Assembly: GCF_040938485.1 (NCBI RefSeq) | Contig: NW_027272004.1 | Location: 682,001-746,000, forward strand | DNA from: Diadema antillarum | Taxonomy: Eukaryota | Direction of reading: 5' to 3' | Length of the DNA stretch: 64,000 bases | Shown: piece after piece, positions 26,967-38,013 of the stretch | Layout: each line of letters begins with the position of its first letter | Position numbering within the stretch: position 1 is the first letter of the stretch | Program-made: the position numbers and the translations under genes | The notes under the pieces: model-generated | The model's database searches: none | What the model was told of the DNA's origin: nothing | What the model saw: the letters and a program-made list of their open reading frames with translations, nothing else

Positions 26967-27124
26967 GGATGCATGCCATGAGACTGACACCCACCAATCA
27001 TACAATCCAAACAAGGCCGATGAGACCGACGTCTCATGGGCCTTGTTTGCTCAGTGTCGAACTTATGAGCTGTATGACTCGTGGGTTGTGTGACGCGTGG
27101 GTATCGGTCTCGTGGCGTGCATCC
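26967..27124. mobile_element. Foldback-type MITE, copy 3 (short)
   Basis: GGATGCATGCCATGAGACTGACACCCAC versus the reverse complement of the right end, GGATGCACGCCACGAGACCGATACCCAC; same internal subrepeats as copies 1 and 2. Confidence 0.85.
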
Positions 27125-27709
27125 GGAATGTCAGGGAGTGGTTGCACCACTGGTGGCGCTTTGCCTGATGCAACGACATTCAGTAACCAAGCTTCGTACA
27201 TGTTTTCCTCTGTTCTTTTTTTTTTTTGGGGGGGGGGGGGGAGGGAGGGGTGATTGAATCCTCTCATTTACACCTTTGAGTGAAAGAAGAAAATCCGTGA
27301 AATTGCATGACAGAAGTTTCGGTGTATGCCTATTTCAAGTATTTGATTTTGATATCGTTGGTCATTTGAATTCGCCCCAGATTGAATGTAATGTCTAATA
27401 GTTTTGTATATTTTTGATTAGGGAAGAAAAGAGCAATATTTGTTATCTTTGATAGATGACGAAAAACCGATTACGTCTCCTGCATGATCATACAGCAGAT
27501 ATACTTTATCAATGCATGTTCTGTTTGCAGCTGTATCTGACAATAATTTTGTTTACTTTTTATCTTAGCTATGTTCTGGCGATCAAAATAAAATAAGTTT
27601 AAAAATATCAGCAATGTGAGTTAATAGTTTTGAGAGTTCAAAAGTATTCTATGCTTTCCGAATTTGCAGTGAATGCATGGTTATATAATATTACGGCACA
27701 CAAACAATT

Positions 27710-28078
27710 TTGTTTGTTTGTTTGTTTGTTCAATTCCATCTGAAAAGATGGCTGGATAGCTCATATCCAGCTAAGCTAAGCTGGTCTTCCATGGGGTCAC
27801 GTTGGATGTGAGGTGGGACCACTCCACCGGGTTAAACAACCTGCTCTTTGCGATGAATAGATGAAGTGGGATCTTTTACGTGCATGAGTTGTGACTCTCT
27901 AATACACGGGACTTCCATTTCATGTCCTATCCGAGGGACAGAGTGTTTTGCCTCTTGCTAGAGGGGACGGTATGGTTACACACAACATTGCTCAGTCCAG
28001 ACTCGGGTTCGAACCCGAGCCCTTAGTAGGTGCAGGATCGTGAGACAGACGCGCTCCCGACTGAGCCAACTCACCGCC
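27710..28078 (-). mobile_element. Full-length tRNA-derived SINE with a Deu/Nin-type central domain
   Basis: On the minus strand: A box TGGCTCAGTCGG (28068-28057) and B box GGTTCGAACCC (28015-28005). The central CTCTGTCCCTCGGATAGGAC...GTCCCGTGT...GCACGTAAAAGATCCC...AAGAGCAGG...CCCGGTG resembles the Deu domain as I recall it. A 3' stem GCTGGATA/TATCCAGC and an (AAAC)n tail follow. Confidence 0.85.
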
Positions 28079-31000
28079 TTACGATGGCGTGGCAATTCTT
28101 GCGATTTAGAAAGAAAAGTTTGTATTGTCGAATAATTTTGAATATTGTCTTATGGGATAGAACAAGAGGCTTGAGAAATAATTTTCTTGAAAGCATGAAG
28201 TATCCACCATTGATAATACAGAACACATATCTGGGGTAATTGAGTTGTGCTACCCATCATAGGACTTATCACGCCGAATCTACACCTCCGCTTGGAGGTA
28301 TTCATTTCTCGATTCTCCACGCAGTACTGGCAATGATTTTAAAAATAACACACAGCCTGTTTGACAGCATTAACTTAACCTACTTTTCTATTTTTTTGCA
28401 CAACCACACATAAAAACACACACACACACACACACAAGCAAAAATAGACGCTCTAATCGCATTAATCTCAATCGTCTTTCACAAATTCTTTAACAAAAAA
28501 TGTTCCAAAAATATTTTTTCTTTCTTTTTTTTTCTACCGTGATATCGAATATAGAAAACATGGTAGCAACACAGTTTATCTATGACTACTTTTTGGTTTT
28601 GCCTTTTCTTAGATATTCACGGAAACCCTGGAATAGGCAACCACAGTATTCTTTTACCCCCAGGGACCAGATTTATTCCCTCGTTCACGTTACGTATTTA
28701 GATCAACCTGTTCTTCTACAGGCGTGTTCAAACCACTTCAAGACTGATACATTTAACTCTTACACAAAAAGCTTTTGTCTGCATGAAGGAGTGTGTAGTT
28801 CATCTTCATACCCACTTTTTAGAATCCTACCCTCTTTTCCTTTACTATCCCACGCGCAAGAAGGATATACATGGAGGAAAAGTAGCACCTTTGCCATGCT
28901 GCAGAGCTGAATCGATGTTTTCTCCAAACTTCAGCTCTTTGGAAAAGACACAGAGAGACTGGTGCCATCACGAATCTCTCTCTCTCTCTCTCTCTTTTTC
29001 TCCATCTCCTTCTCTCCCCCTTGCTTTAAACCTTTTTTCCCCCTTTTCTTGCTTTTGCTCAATGAAGTCGAGTTCTCTAGTACTGGCAGCACTCAATTAG
29101 GCTGACGTCATAATGGTGACGCCTCCAAATCCTATTGTGAAAAGAACGCTCTTGTCGTTCGTCGCCACCAGAAGTACTACGCACCACGTGACCAATGCTG
29201 TGTGTTGGTTGACATGGCGCCATTTCGCCATGGGGCATGAAAAGGGGTGCAGGGACACATGTTTATGTATTTATAGAGAGAATATTGAAACATACATAAA
29301 CACTTCAGAAAACAAAAGGAGGCAAATAAGTGCAATTATCCGGATAATAGTCATGATGATAATGATAATGAGAACAATGAAAAGAGAGATAATATTCAAA
29401 GTCTAATGAACGTACGAGAAATAAGAATGTGAAAATTTAACGAAATCAACAAAAATGTTTCCTTAGTAAAGAGAATACATTCTGACTCAATTGAAGTTAG
29501 TTGCGAGTAAAAAAGTAGAGTTCAAGCCTTAGCAATATAATCGTGCTGATGGTGGGCAAATTAAAGAAAAGGGCAGATCCTGAAGGAACCCCCAAGAAAA
29601 ACAAACAAACAAAGAAAAAACAAACAAACAAACAGGACATTATTCAAATGCAAAATTGAAGAATCTTGAAGAGTTGCAAAAACAAAAAAGAGTGGGTAAA
29701 ATCCATGGGAAAAATTCCTTTCAAATTATGATTGATAACGGTTTAACCCATATGCAGGAAGGTGGGTCCCACCTCCCTGACCTATGTAACATCCATCCAT
29801 AACTGAGTGTTCTTGGAGAAACGCTGGATAACCATCGTCACCACACTAAGGCATTTCTACAATTAAGATGTCCCTTAACCCCGGGCAGCTGCCATGTTAG
29901 GTTTCCAGTCCTTTTGTGAGACTATGATCTCTTATTTTGATGATTGTGTGTGTGTGTTTGTGTGTGTGCGTTTGTGTGTGTGTTTAGATCTATAGCAACT
30001 TGTTCTTTATTCAGTCATCTTTAGAGCATACATTCATTTATTTATGGCATATATCTCTGAGTCAATTTCAAGTTATTTCTTAATATGTGTCTTCACTTTC
30101 AGTCTTCCAGACATTTCTGGAGGAGTTATATTTTCCGAGGCATGGCAATTGTTCATCCTGCATTTGATATTTGAAAATTAGTTTAAGGTCAATTACTTCT
30201 TGAGCATTTTTCTGCGGAATATGTTTATCATGCCTGCATTACGGCTCATGGTTTGCTTTTACTAAAGAATAAAAAGGTCAGACTGACTAACAAAGACTTA
30301 CACGAGTGTTGTATTCACTTTTGCGAGGAGGCGGGAACAGAGCGCGACGGCAACCTCTCATTTCATTCCTAGCAATTTTGAAACCAATTTTGGATTATAA
30401 GAATGAAATGAATTTGGTTTACGGAGAGAGTAAAGTTAAAAACGTTTTACTCTTAAAAAAGGAAAATCTGTACGATCTTGTCTTATCTAATACGCAAACA
30501 TAACGCACACGTACACACACACACACACATACAAGAAAACAAACCCTCTGTACATTGTGGATTGTGTGGCACTGAGTAATCTACGCTCAGCGTATTCAGT
30601 CCAAGTTCAGCTAGCCATCATAAACTATTCATATATTTGCTGGTGATACTCTCTCGTGCGTATAAGTCGCGAAATCGTAGCATGGTTTTAATGACTCAGT
30701 TACTAGGAATTGCTCCAGGCTGGAATGAATATGTGGAAACAGACAGGTGGAAGAAACTGAATGTCAATAAGGTTTTTGTCTTTTTTTTACTGCTACGTCC
30801 ATATTGCTATGTTGGGTTTCTCTTCTTGAGTTTTCTAGCACGAGCTAAGGTCGAAGACGTTGCATCATCCACGCTAATGCGCTTAAAAGCAGAAGGCAAT
30901 ATCTCTAATGAGTAGAATGTCAAACAACTCATATTTCTTACAATCGGAAAACAAAGTTTGAAATCAAACATACGAAAGAACAGTTTGGCTCGAAACATTC

Positions 31001-33221
31001 ACGTATACCCTTGACCAGTATGGGCAAAGAAGAGTTATTTCTGAAGATACAATTACAACGCGTAGCGTTGCAACCTTGCTTTTCCACCATGCATTATCCT
31101 TGTGTATCAAATTCTTAAACATACGTTAAAACAATTTCTATGTTTCCGTAAGCTTTACTGAGTTTCAATCGTAGACTGTTTTGCGGCATGTTATATGATT
31201 GCTTGACAGAATAGAATGGGGAATATACGTCAGTCCTGCAAAAAATAAAAACCTCAAAACAAAACACAAAAACCTCGGTTCTTTAATTAATAGATAAAAT
31301 ACGAATCTGTTATCATATTTCCCAAGTTCAATGAGAAAAGTAAGTTGGTAAAAAGGTTAGGCCGAATGATCCTTGGATATGTCGTGTTCTGCCAAGAATA
31401 AGCCCGGCTATATCAAAAATATGTATTTACATTGGCAAGAGAGAAAAGGTTGCATTGCTCAAAATAAGAGCGTAATTTCATCATCCCAGGGACATCAAAG
31501 GCAAAGCGACCACAAAAATTGTACGCCGTGCTTTATGCGCTTGACGATACCATGTGTTGTGTGTGTCTTTTGGCGCGTGCCGACTTGATCAGGAATCTAA
31601 TTAACAACCAATCAATGCGCTTGAGCTAGACAGCGCGCGAAAAAAGCACAACGTTGATTTTGTCTCTTTCGGCTGTGATTCTGAGGTCGGCCAAAACTCA
31701 TTGGTGCAGAACAATAGCGTTCGTCTTTCTCGAGTAATTTTCATTTCCACAAAGAATCTAAAGAATTCTCTACTCGAATATACTTCCTTTAATCAATCAA
31801 AATGTGCAATATTTCATCCAAGGGCAGATAGCATTTTTGTCTAATATGTGCTGCGTTTTCTCGAATTCCAGTGCTACCATTATTAAGAAAAGTTACTTGA
31901 ATCTTCCGTAGAATAACTAAATTGTATTCATAAATCTGAAAAAATTAAAACCCCAAGTAATGGTATACACTCCTTTTGATAATCATGAAAAAAAAGTACG
32001 TTCTCGATAGCGTGTTGTGAAGCAAGGAAACTAATAAAAACGGCAACAAATGATTGATCCTTGAAATATGGTAGAATTCGTGGTTTCTTTTTCAAACTGA
32101 TGAATGTTTTTTTTTTTCTGAAATCCTTCAACTCGGATTAATGTGGAAGATTGCAGGCCTGTTGGACGTTTTTTTATACTTGTCTTTAATACTTAGTTTC
32201 CGTGTGAATATGAAATATTCTTGACTGTGAAAATTTGTGACAGCCGGATGATACAATGTCTGTGAATGCGTTTGTCTGTTGGCCCCCCTGTCTTTCTCTC
32301 TCTGTGCGTGTTTTAGTGTATGTACTAGGAAGCCATTATATTAACATTTTGCGCATCACTTCCTCAAAAGTCTTCAAAAACTGATACAAAATACACGCCT
32401 ATTTGACAAGCACAATTGCCAATTCACTGTTCTTCCAGAACGTCAATAGCGAATACCTAAGTTTCTCTCCTAACAACATGTTTCCTAATTCATAAGACTA
32501 TATAGAATGAGGGCCATGTGATATGCCCGGCAAAGTATCGCTGATTATTGAATTCCAGAACGTTGAATATTCAATTGAACGATCACAAACAAACAAACAA
32601 ACAAACAAAAACAAAAAACACATAAACTTTATTGTCATTTTTTTACTCTGTACAAGGCAATTACTCTCTAGATTAACCCTTCACTTCACTGAATGTGTAA
32701 TGAGAAAAGTCATGAAAACAATTATAAAACTTTGAATACCGTTCAGACGGGTATTAGATCTCACGGAGCCACGTCGTGCCACGCTTTCTTGCAATCACAT
32801 CTATAGAATAATAACTATAGAAGACCGTATATATCTCCCATCAGACCGGGTTGATTGCGCATTCCCTGGGAGTATCGCACATAGGTACCACAAAGTAGAG
32901 TAGTCTAATGTAACATGATTACGTTTATACAAACATTAGGAAACACCAACAACAAAATTTACTATCAGTACGTACAGGTTACGGAGAGACTGAGTATGAA
33001 AAGAAGTAATAATTGAGCCATTCTCTTACTTTCAATTTACGCATTGGCTTATTACATTGTAATTGTTTGACATAACCTCACACGCACACACACACACACA
33101 CACACACGTACACACACATACTACGTATGTAAGTACAAGCGCTTAACGCAGCCTTAAATAGTCATGATATCTAGCTAAGCGATTTCTTTTTTTTTTTTCA
33201 TTCGCTGACTTGGAAAGTACT

Positions 33222-33400
33222 GGGCCCCGTTGCTAGAAACTTTGCGTTTAAACGCAACTTGCAACTGATTGTCACTGGCCAATCAAAATCATTGTTGCAT
33301 GCATGTCTTCTTAATAGGGCAGACCCTGAGCCAATCAGAATGGTTGTTTCAAAATTAGCAATTATTTGCAATTGATTGCAACTTTCTTGCAACGGGGCCC
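33222..33400. mobile_element. 179-bp MITE, probably PIF/Harbinger-like
   Basis: TIRs GGGCCCCGTTGCTAGAAA / TTTCTTGCAACGGGGCCC match at 17 of 18 positions. The superfamily is inferred from the GGGCCC termini only; I saw no clean TSD. Confidence 0.85.
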
Positions 33401-36400
33401 TGATATATCAAACGTACCATTCTTTCATTTTCGTAACTCTTGAATGCCACGATGATATCTAATCATTGAGAATTTATAATATATCTTGTAGACAAAGCTT
33501 TTGGTTCAGCATTTTCAACCGACGCAATGACAGGATATAGAACTAATTTGATAGGGCAGGCCACGAATGGAGCCACCTTTGTTGGGCAATGGTAATCAGA
33601 AAATAAATATAGATTGATCTACGGTAGATGAGAAAGTGTTGTAGTCACGTCCGTTAGATCTACCATCTATCATCTCTGTCTGAACGTTAGTTTTAGATAG
33701 CGTGTTTATTTACTCGTGGGAGGAAAAGGTTCTCTTTCCGTGATGGTAGTAACATTTTAGCTTCACTTATAAGGTTTGCCATTTAACATAAACACTTACA
33801 GAATACATTCTGAAACTGAAAAGATTTCACTTAGATCACGCTGTTAGATGGACTTCTGTCTGTGAACTCGAAACGGCTAATAGAGTCTATTACATGCACA
33901 TACCCACACTTACGTGCGCGCACGCATACAGGGCTTGACATTAGCGATGACCCGTGGTTGCCCGGGGCCACTAAAGTTTGGTGTCGGGCTACTACATTTA
34001 TCTTTTTGTGGGCCAATTGAGCCATTTTTAATTTTTCTTGCCCTGTATGAGCAAGTTTAAAAAATCTGTCAATCCTTATCTTTTAATTGTATTTTGAAGT
34101 TCATTCCAATGTCGCAAAGCAGTTTCTCTTTGTACGTAAACATATTCATTATTCATTTTATGCATGCATGTATGTATGCAAACTGCGTATACTCGACACT
34201 AACGTGTTTCGTCTGGTGGTCTGTTCGGGTCACTAAAACATCTAAATCATGAAAGAACCGAATACTTCTTTTTTTCTCTCTGAGAGGAACAGGTCGAAAA
34301 TTAAGTTAGCCGCATATAATCTGAAAGAAAACATTTTTCAACTTGTTGGATATCAACATTGACATTGTTCGCGGGTATGATGTTCGATACCTATATCGAC
34401 ATGCAGAGAAATCTTTCCACTTCTCTGAGACTTTCGTTTCTCTATTTAACAACAAGGCAAATCTACATTTTCTTTTCTTCTGGTCCAGATTCCCACCTCA
34501 ATAGCCACACGCAGTATTATGTGCCCAAAGGTTATTTTCAATTCAGTGTGAAGTCATGTGAAGTGTAAATCAAATCATATGAATAGATATGTCTTTCTAT
34601 ACTCTCTCCGTCTCTTTGTCGCATTTTCAATTGATAAAGAAGGTGAATATAACAATAACAACCAATAACAAAGGTATAAGATGGCCTTTCTCTCTCTCTT
34701 TTTTCTTGGGGGGGGGGGGGGGGTGGGATTCACCGGATCTAGATATTGAATGAAAATAAGCTGTCATGAACTAGATAGCGCCATTAGAGACTGCTTGGTT
34801 TGGAAATACCAGATACAGCCAGGAACCACCGTACAAGAAAAGGACAAACACACACACATACACATACACACACACAAAAAAACAACATACGAATATCTTC
34901 AGTCGTAAACAAATTATTTAGAAACAACGTAGAAACCAACGAGTTTTGTCCATAACTTATGCTCACAGTCGAAGAAAATCACCTGAAACTTGTTACAAAT
35001 ATTTCTATTATGAAATGAGATTATTCGACCAAAATGTAACCTGTATTTTGTGAATGAAACCGTCATAGATTGCAAGGTACAAGTAATGAAATGTAACAAA
35101 CGAAATTATTGATTTATATGCACAGACAAACACATTCTGAATTGGTATGTGTAATACCCTAAGATTCATCCCGAATTTTTCCTGAAATTAAAGTTTATCA
35201 TTGTGAATCCTTATTGACCGCGCATAGAATATTTGGTGCTATGGAATTTCATATATTTTTAAAAGATATAATGCTACGGAACTGCACTGGGCCTTTAATC
35301 CCATGTGGCTGAAATGGCGAATCTTGTGAATTCTTCCACCGACGTTACGCCGTCCAGAGTAGAGAGAGAGAGAGAGAGACAATTGATCCCCGATCCCCCG
35401 GGGGACCAACGTTCCTACTCTCAATGGGATGTAAACGTGGTATTGTGTCAGAGTATTACTATCATAGTAATTGATGCCCGCAGGGGACGAAGCCGCTCGC
35501 CATACCTGAACGATTGTTATGATCACGAGACCTTTTTTCTTTGATGGTTGGTTTGATATTTGCCTTCCTCCAACGCTTGCGGGAGAAATGACCGAGAAAC
35601 CATATGAAAACACTCGATGGTTTGATGATGTATTCATAGCTATCTTCTCCCATAAGTATTTTGTCTTCCTAAAGGTTATCAGAAGACTCCCTTGTGACTA
35701 TCAATGCCGTAGGAAAAAGACAGCCGCAATTCTATTCGATAGACATGATCGAACAGACCACTTAGGGATATAAGGATAGCTAATCGCTGCGGATACTACT
35801 CATGATGTTGTTTTGAAATACAGCAATTATTCGCCCATCTAGGTCAAAGCATCAGCCTTGAATAACAGCATTTCAACATTCTCATCTTATTTCCCTTATG
35901 TGCTTCCTACAACGTCAGACTTTGTTGATATGACTACTCAGAATACTAAATCCTGGCGAATAAACAATTCGCTATTAACTTTCCCAAAGATGTCTACTCC
36001 CTTCCTCGCAGCGAAATTATGAAAAAATAAAATGCGAACTTTGATTTAAACATATCAATGCAATTAAAACATACGATTTCATGATATCTTGATATCTTTT
36101 GCAGAAATAATCCGCAAATGCAGACAGTCTGTAGCAATTCAAGCTTAGTAGCCACGTGTAATTTGTTGTATTATGCACACGTTCGAGCTCCAGTGCATAT
36201 TTTCTGCTCATTTTGATGTTTTCATCTAGGGAGAATTGGTATGACGCTTCATTAGGATTGAAATATGTCTAATGGACAGAGGATAAGCCGTCCAGCCAAC
36301 ACCTAGTCCTTCCCACAAAAATGTTTCAACTCATAGTTCAGAATAAGGAGATGTCATATAAGAAACTCTGCTTCCTGTCTTTTCTGAATATAACTGACTT

Positions 36401-36441
36401 TCTTTTCTTTGTTTGTAAAGGAATTAATATAGGTCTCTTAC

Positions 36442-36570
36442 CTGTTCTTCAATCTGAGGGAATTCATCGGCGTCCAGATCCACGACGGGCAGCCCTAGGT
36501 CGAGATTCCTGCCGGCGGCGACGGCCAGAATGGCAGCCAGGATTGCGAGGTAACACGTTGTTAGATTCAT
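36442..36570 (-). CDS. SS2: First coding exon (signal peptide plus start of the acidic pro-region) of a somatostatin-type neuropeptide precursor (echinoderm SS2, Spnp16-like)
   Basis: ATG at 36570 with A at -3 (CACGACAATG). 43 codons: MNLTTCYLAILAAILAVAAGRNLDLGLPVVDLDADEFPQIEEQ. Hydrophobic core followed by an A-A-G cleavage-like site. Canonical phase-0 donor CAG|GTAAGA at 36442/36441. GC-rich codons against an AT-rich background. Matches my recollection of the S. purpuratus Spnp16 N-terminus (MNLTTCYLAILAAILAVAAGRTLDLGLP...); no database search was run. Confidence 0.85.
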
Positions 36571-36879
36571 TGTCGTGGAGCGACGGAACACGATATGTTA
36601 CAGAGGAGAAAATGCACACATAGAGAGTCAAAATTTGTGCTCTTAGTATGGGAGTGAGTCTACAGAGAGAAATTCACTTTTTGTCGTCGCCAGAACGGCA
36701 AACTGAGTTGCGTGGAGCTCGTCTCTTCAAACAGGTGGGGAAGTGAGGAACGATTCGCTGCAAGTGATTCGTACTCTAGTTCTCGTGTACTGAAGATTCG
36801 ACCAATAGGCGCTGTGATATCTAACGCTAGAGCTGCTGGCGCGCTTGTTAATAAAGGACTCGAAACGCAGGAGACATTT

Positions 36880-36887
36880 TATTTATA
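36880..36887 (-). promoter_or_regulatory. TATA box of the SS2 gene
   Basis: Minus-strand TATAAATA about 310 bp upstream of the ATG. An Inr-like TTCGAGT lies about 27 nt downstream (about 36860) and a CCAAT lies at 36897-36893. Confidence 0.65.
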
Positions 36888-37029
36888 ACATTATTGGCGT
36901 TATCATGTGCCCCTGAGGGATGCACACACGGCGATAGAGCGGGAAGCAGTCATTAGGGGGCGTGATCCAACAAAACGCAAAGGAGCGTCGCGATTGACAC
37001 CTGCTTGACGAGCACTACTCAACCTGACC

Positions 37030-37091
37030 AGTCACGACGAAGCCACGCCCCTTTCAGAGAGTCACGTGAAGATGACGTAGGAAATACGTCA
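37030..37091. promoter_or_regulatory. Proximal promoter motif cluster: GC box, E-box and an inverted pair of CRE-like sites
   Basis: CCACGCCCC (37043-51), TCACGTGA (37062-69), TGACGTA (37073-79) ggaaa TACGTCA (37085-91). Confidence 0.55.
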
Positions 37092-38005
37092 GCACTTATC
37101 TGTTGAAGACACTGGTGGGCTGGTGGATAGAACAAACAAGACGATTATTAGTTTCATGCGTTGTGGCTATAAGTAAGCCTTATGGAACAAAACGATAAAC
37201 ACAGATTTATCACTCGTCAAACCAATCGAAGAACCGGAACTTGAACGGCCCAAGATGAATAAGGAGGCATGCGACACACACTTTGGGTGAATTATATGTA
37301 TGTTATTACAGGCGAACTTCATAAATTGGGTCATCCTTACACATATTATTCAAAACATGGTACAAAAGAAAGAAAATAAAGATATAGATTGATAGATATA
37401 TGAGATAAAATGCTTGGATGAGTAAACTGTTCCTTGAACAGAAACATGACATACTTTCTGTAAAATCATAACTAGAGGTTTGCACTTTTATACCAATGAA
37501 GTCATAATTACAGTCTTTGATGGATTAAAAAAGTTTAAAATCACTGGTTAAAAACATTTTACAGTCGCTAAAGAGATTGGGATGTATTGAAGGGCTGCAT
37601 AGATGTAGAATGATTAAATGAAATTGTTATTATACATAAGGAGGTCAAATCAATCTGGCTTTGCTCGACTGGAGTGCAAAGGGCTTAACAACATCAACAG
37701 AACTTCTAGAACTTCTAGGACAAGGAGTAATCTGCTCTCCCCGGCCCCCACAGAAACGAAGAAAAAAATTGCTGATATTTCAATATTTCATGGATTTAAC
37801 ATTAAACTCAAAATTATGTGGCCTTCCGCACTGTCCTCCATATAATTAAGAAATCTCCCTGCTTGACTGCAAAATTTCATTGATTATTTGTTAAAAGAAA
37901 AGCGTTGTAATGAACTCTAAAGAAAGTTTGATCTTAGTAGTTTTCAACAAGCTCGAAAACAAAATTGAAGGTTAAACAGCCTTCATGTAATTATGATCTG
38001 TTTAA

Positions 38006-38013
38006 TGACGTCA
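38006..38013. promoter_or_regulatory. Full palindromic CRE about 1.15 kb upstream of the predicted SS2 start site
   Basis: TGACGTCA seen directly; function is inferred. Confidence 0.4.

Noticed and set aside
25097-27267. Regularly spaced repeats that could suggest a CRISPR-like array, plus the associated small ORFs
   Set aside because: The units are inverted between element halves, lack unique spacers and have TIR/TSD structure; there are no cas genes and the context is eukaryotic.
28000-28078. tRNA-like sequence (also 46508-46570)
   Set aside because: These are SINE heads: A/B boxes are present but there is no complete cloverleaf, and SINE body and tail follow.
33605-33670. Possible miRNA hairpin (ATAGATTGATCTACGG...CCGTTAGATCTACCATCTAT)
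   Set aside because: Short interrupted stems with a large loop and competing pairings; no match to the miR-10/100 family or other miRNAs I recall.
36321-36623. 100-aa plus-strand ORF
   Set aside because: The antisense shadow of the GC-rich SS2 exon.
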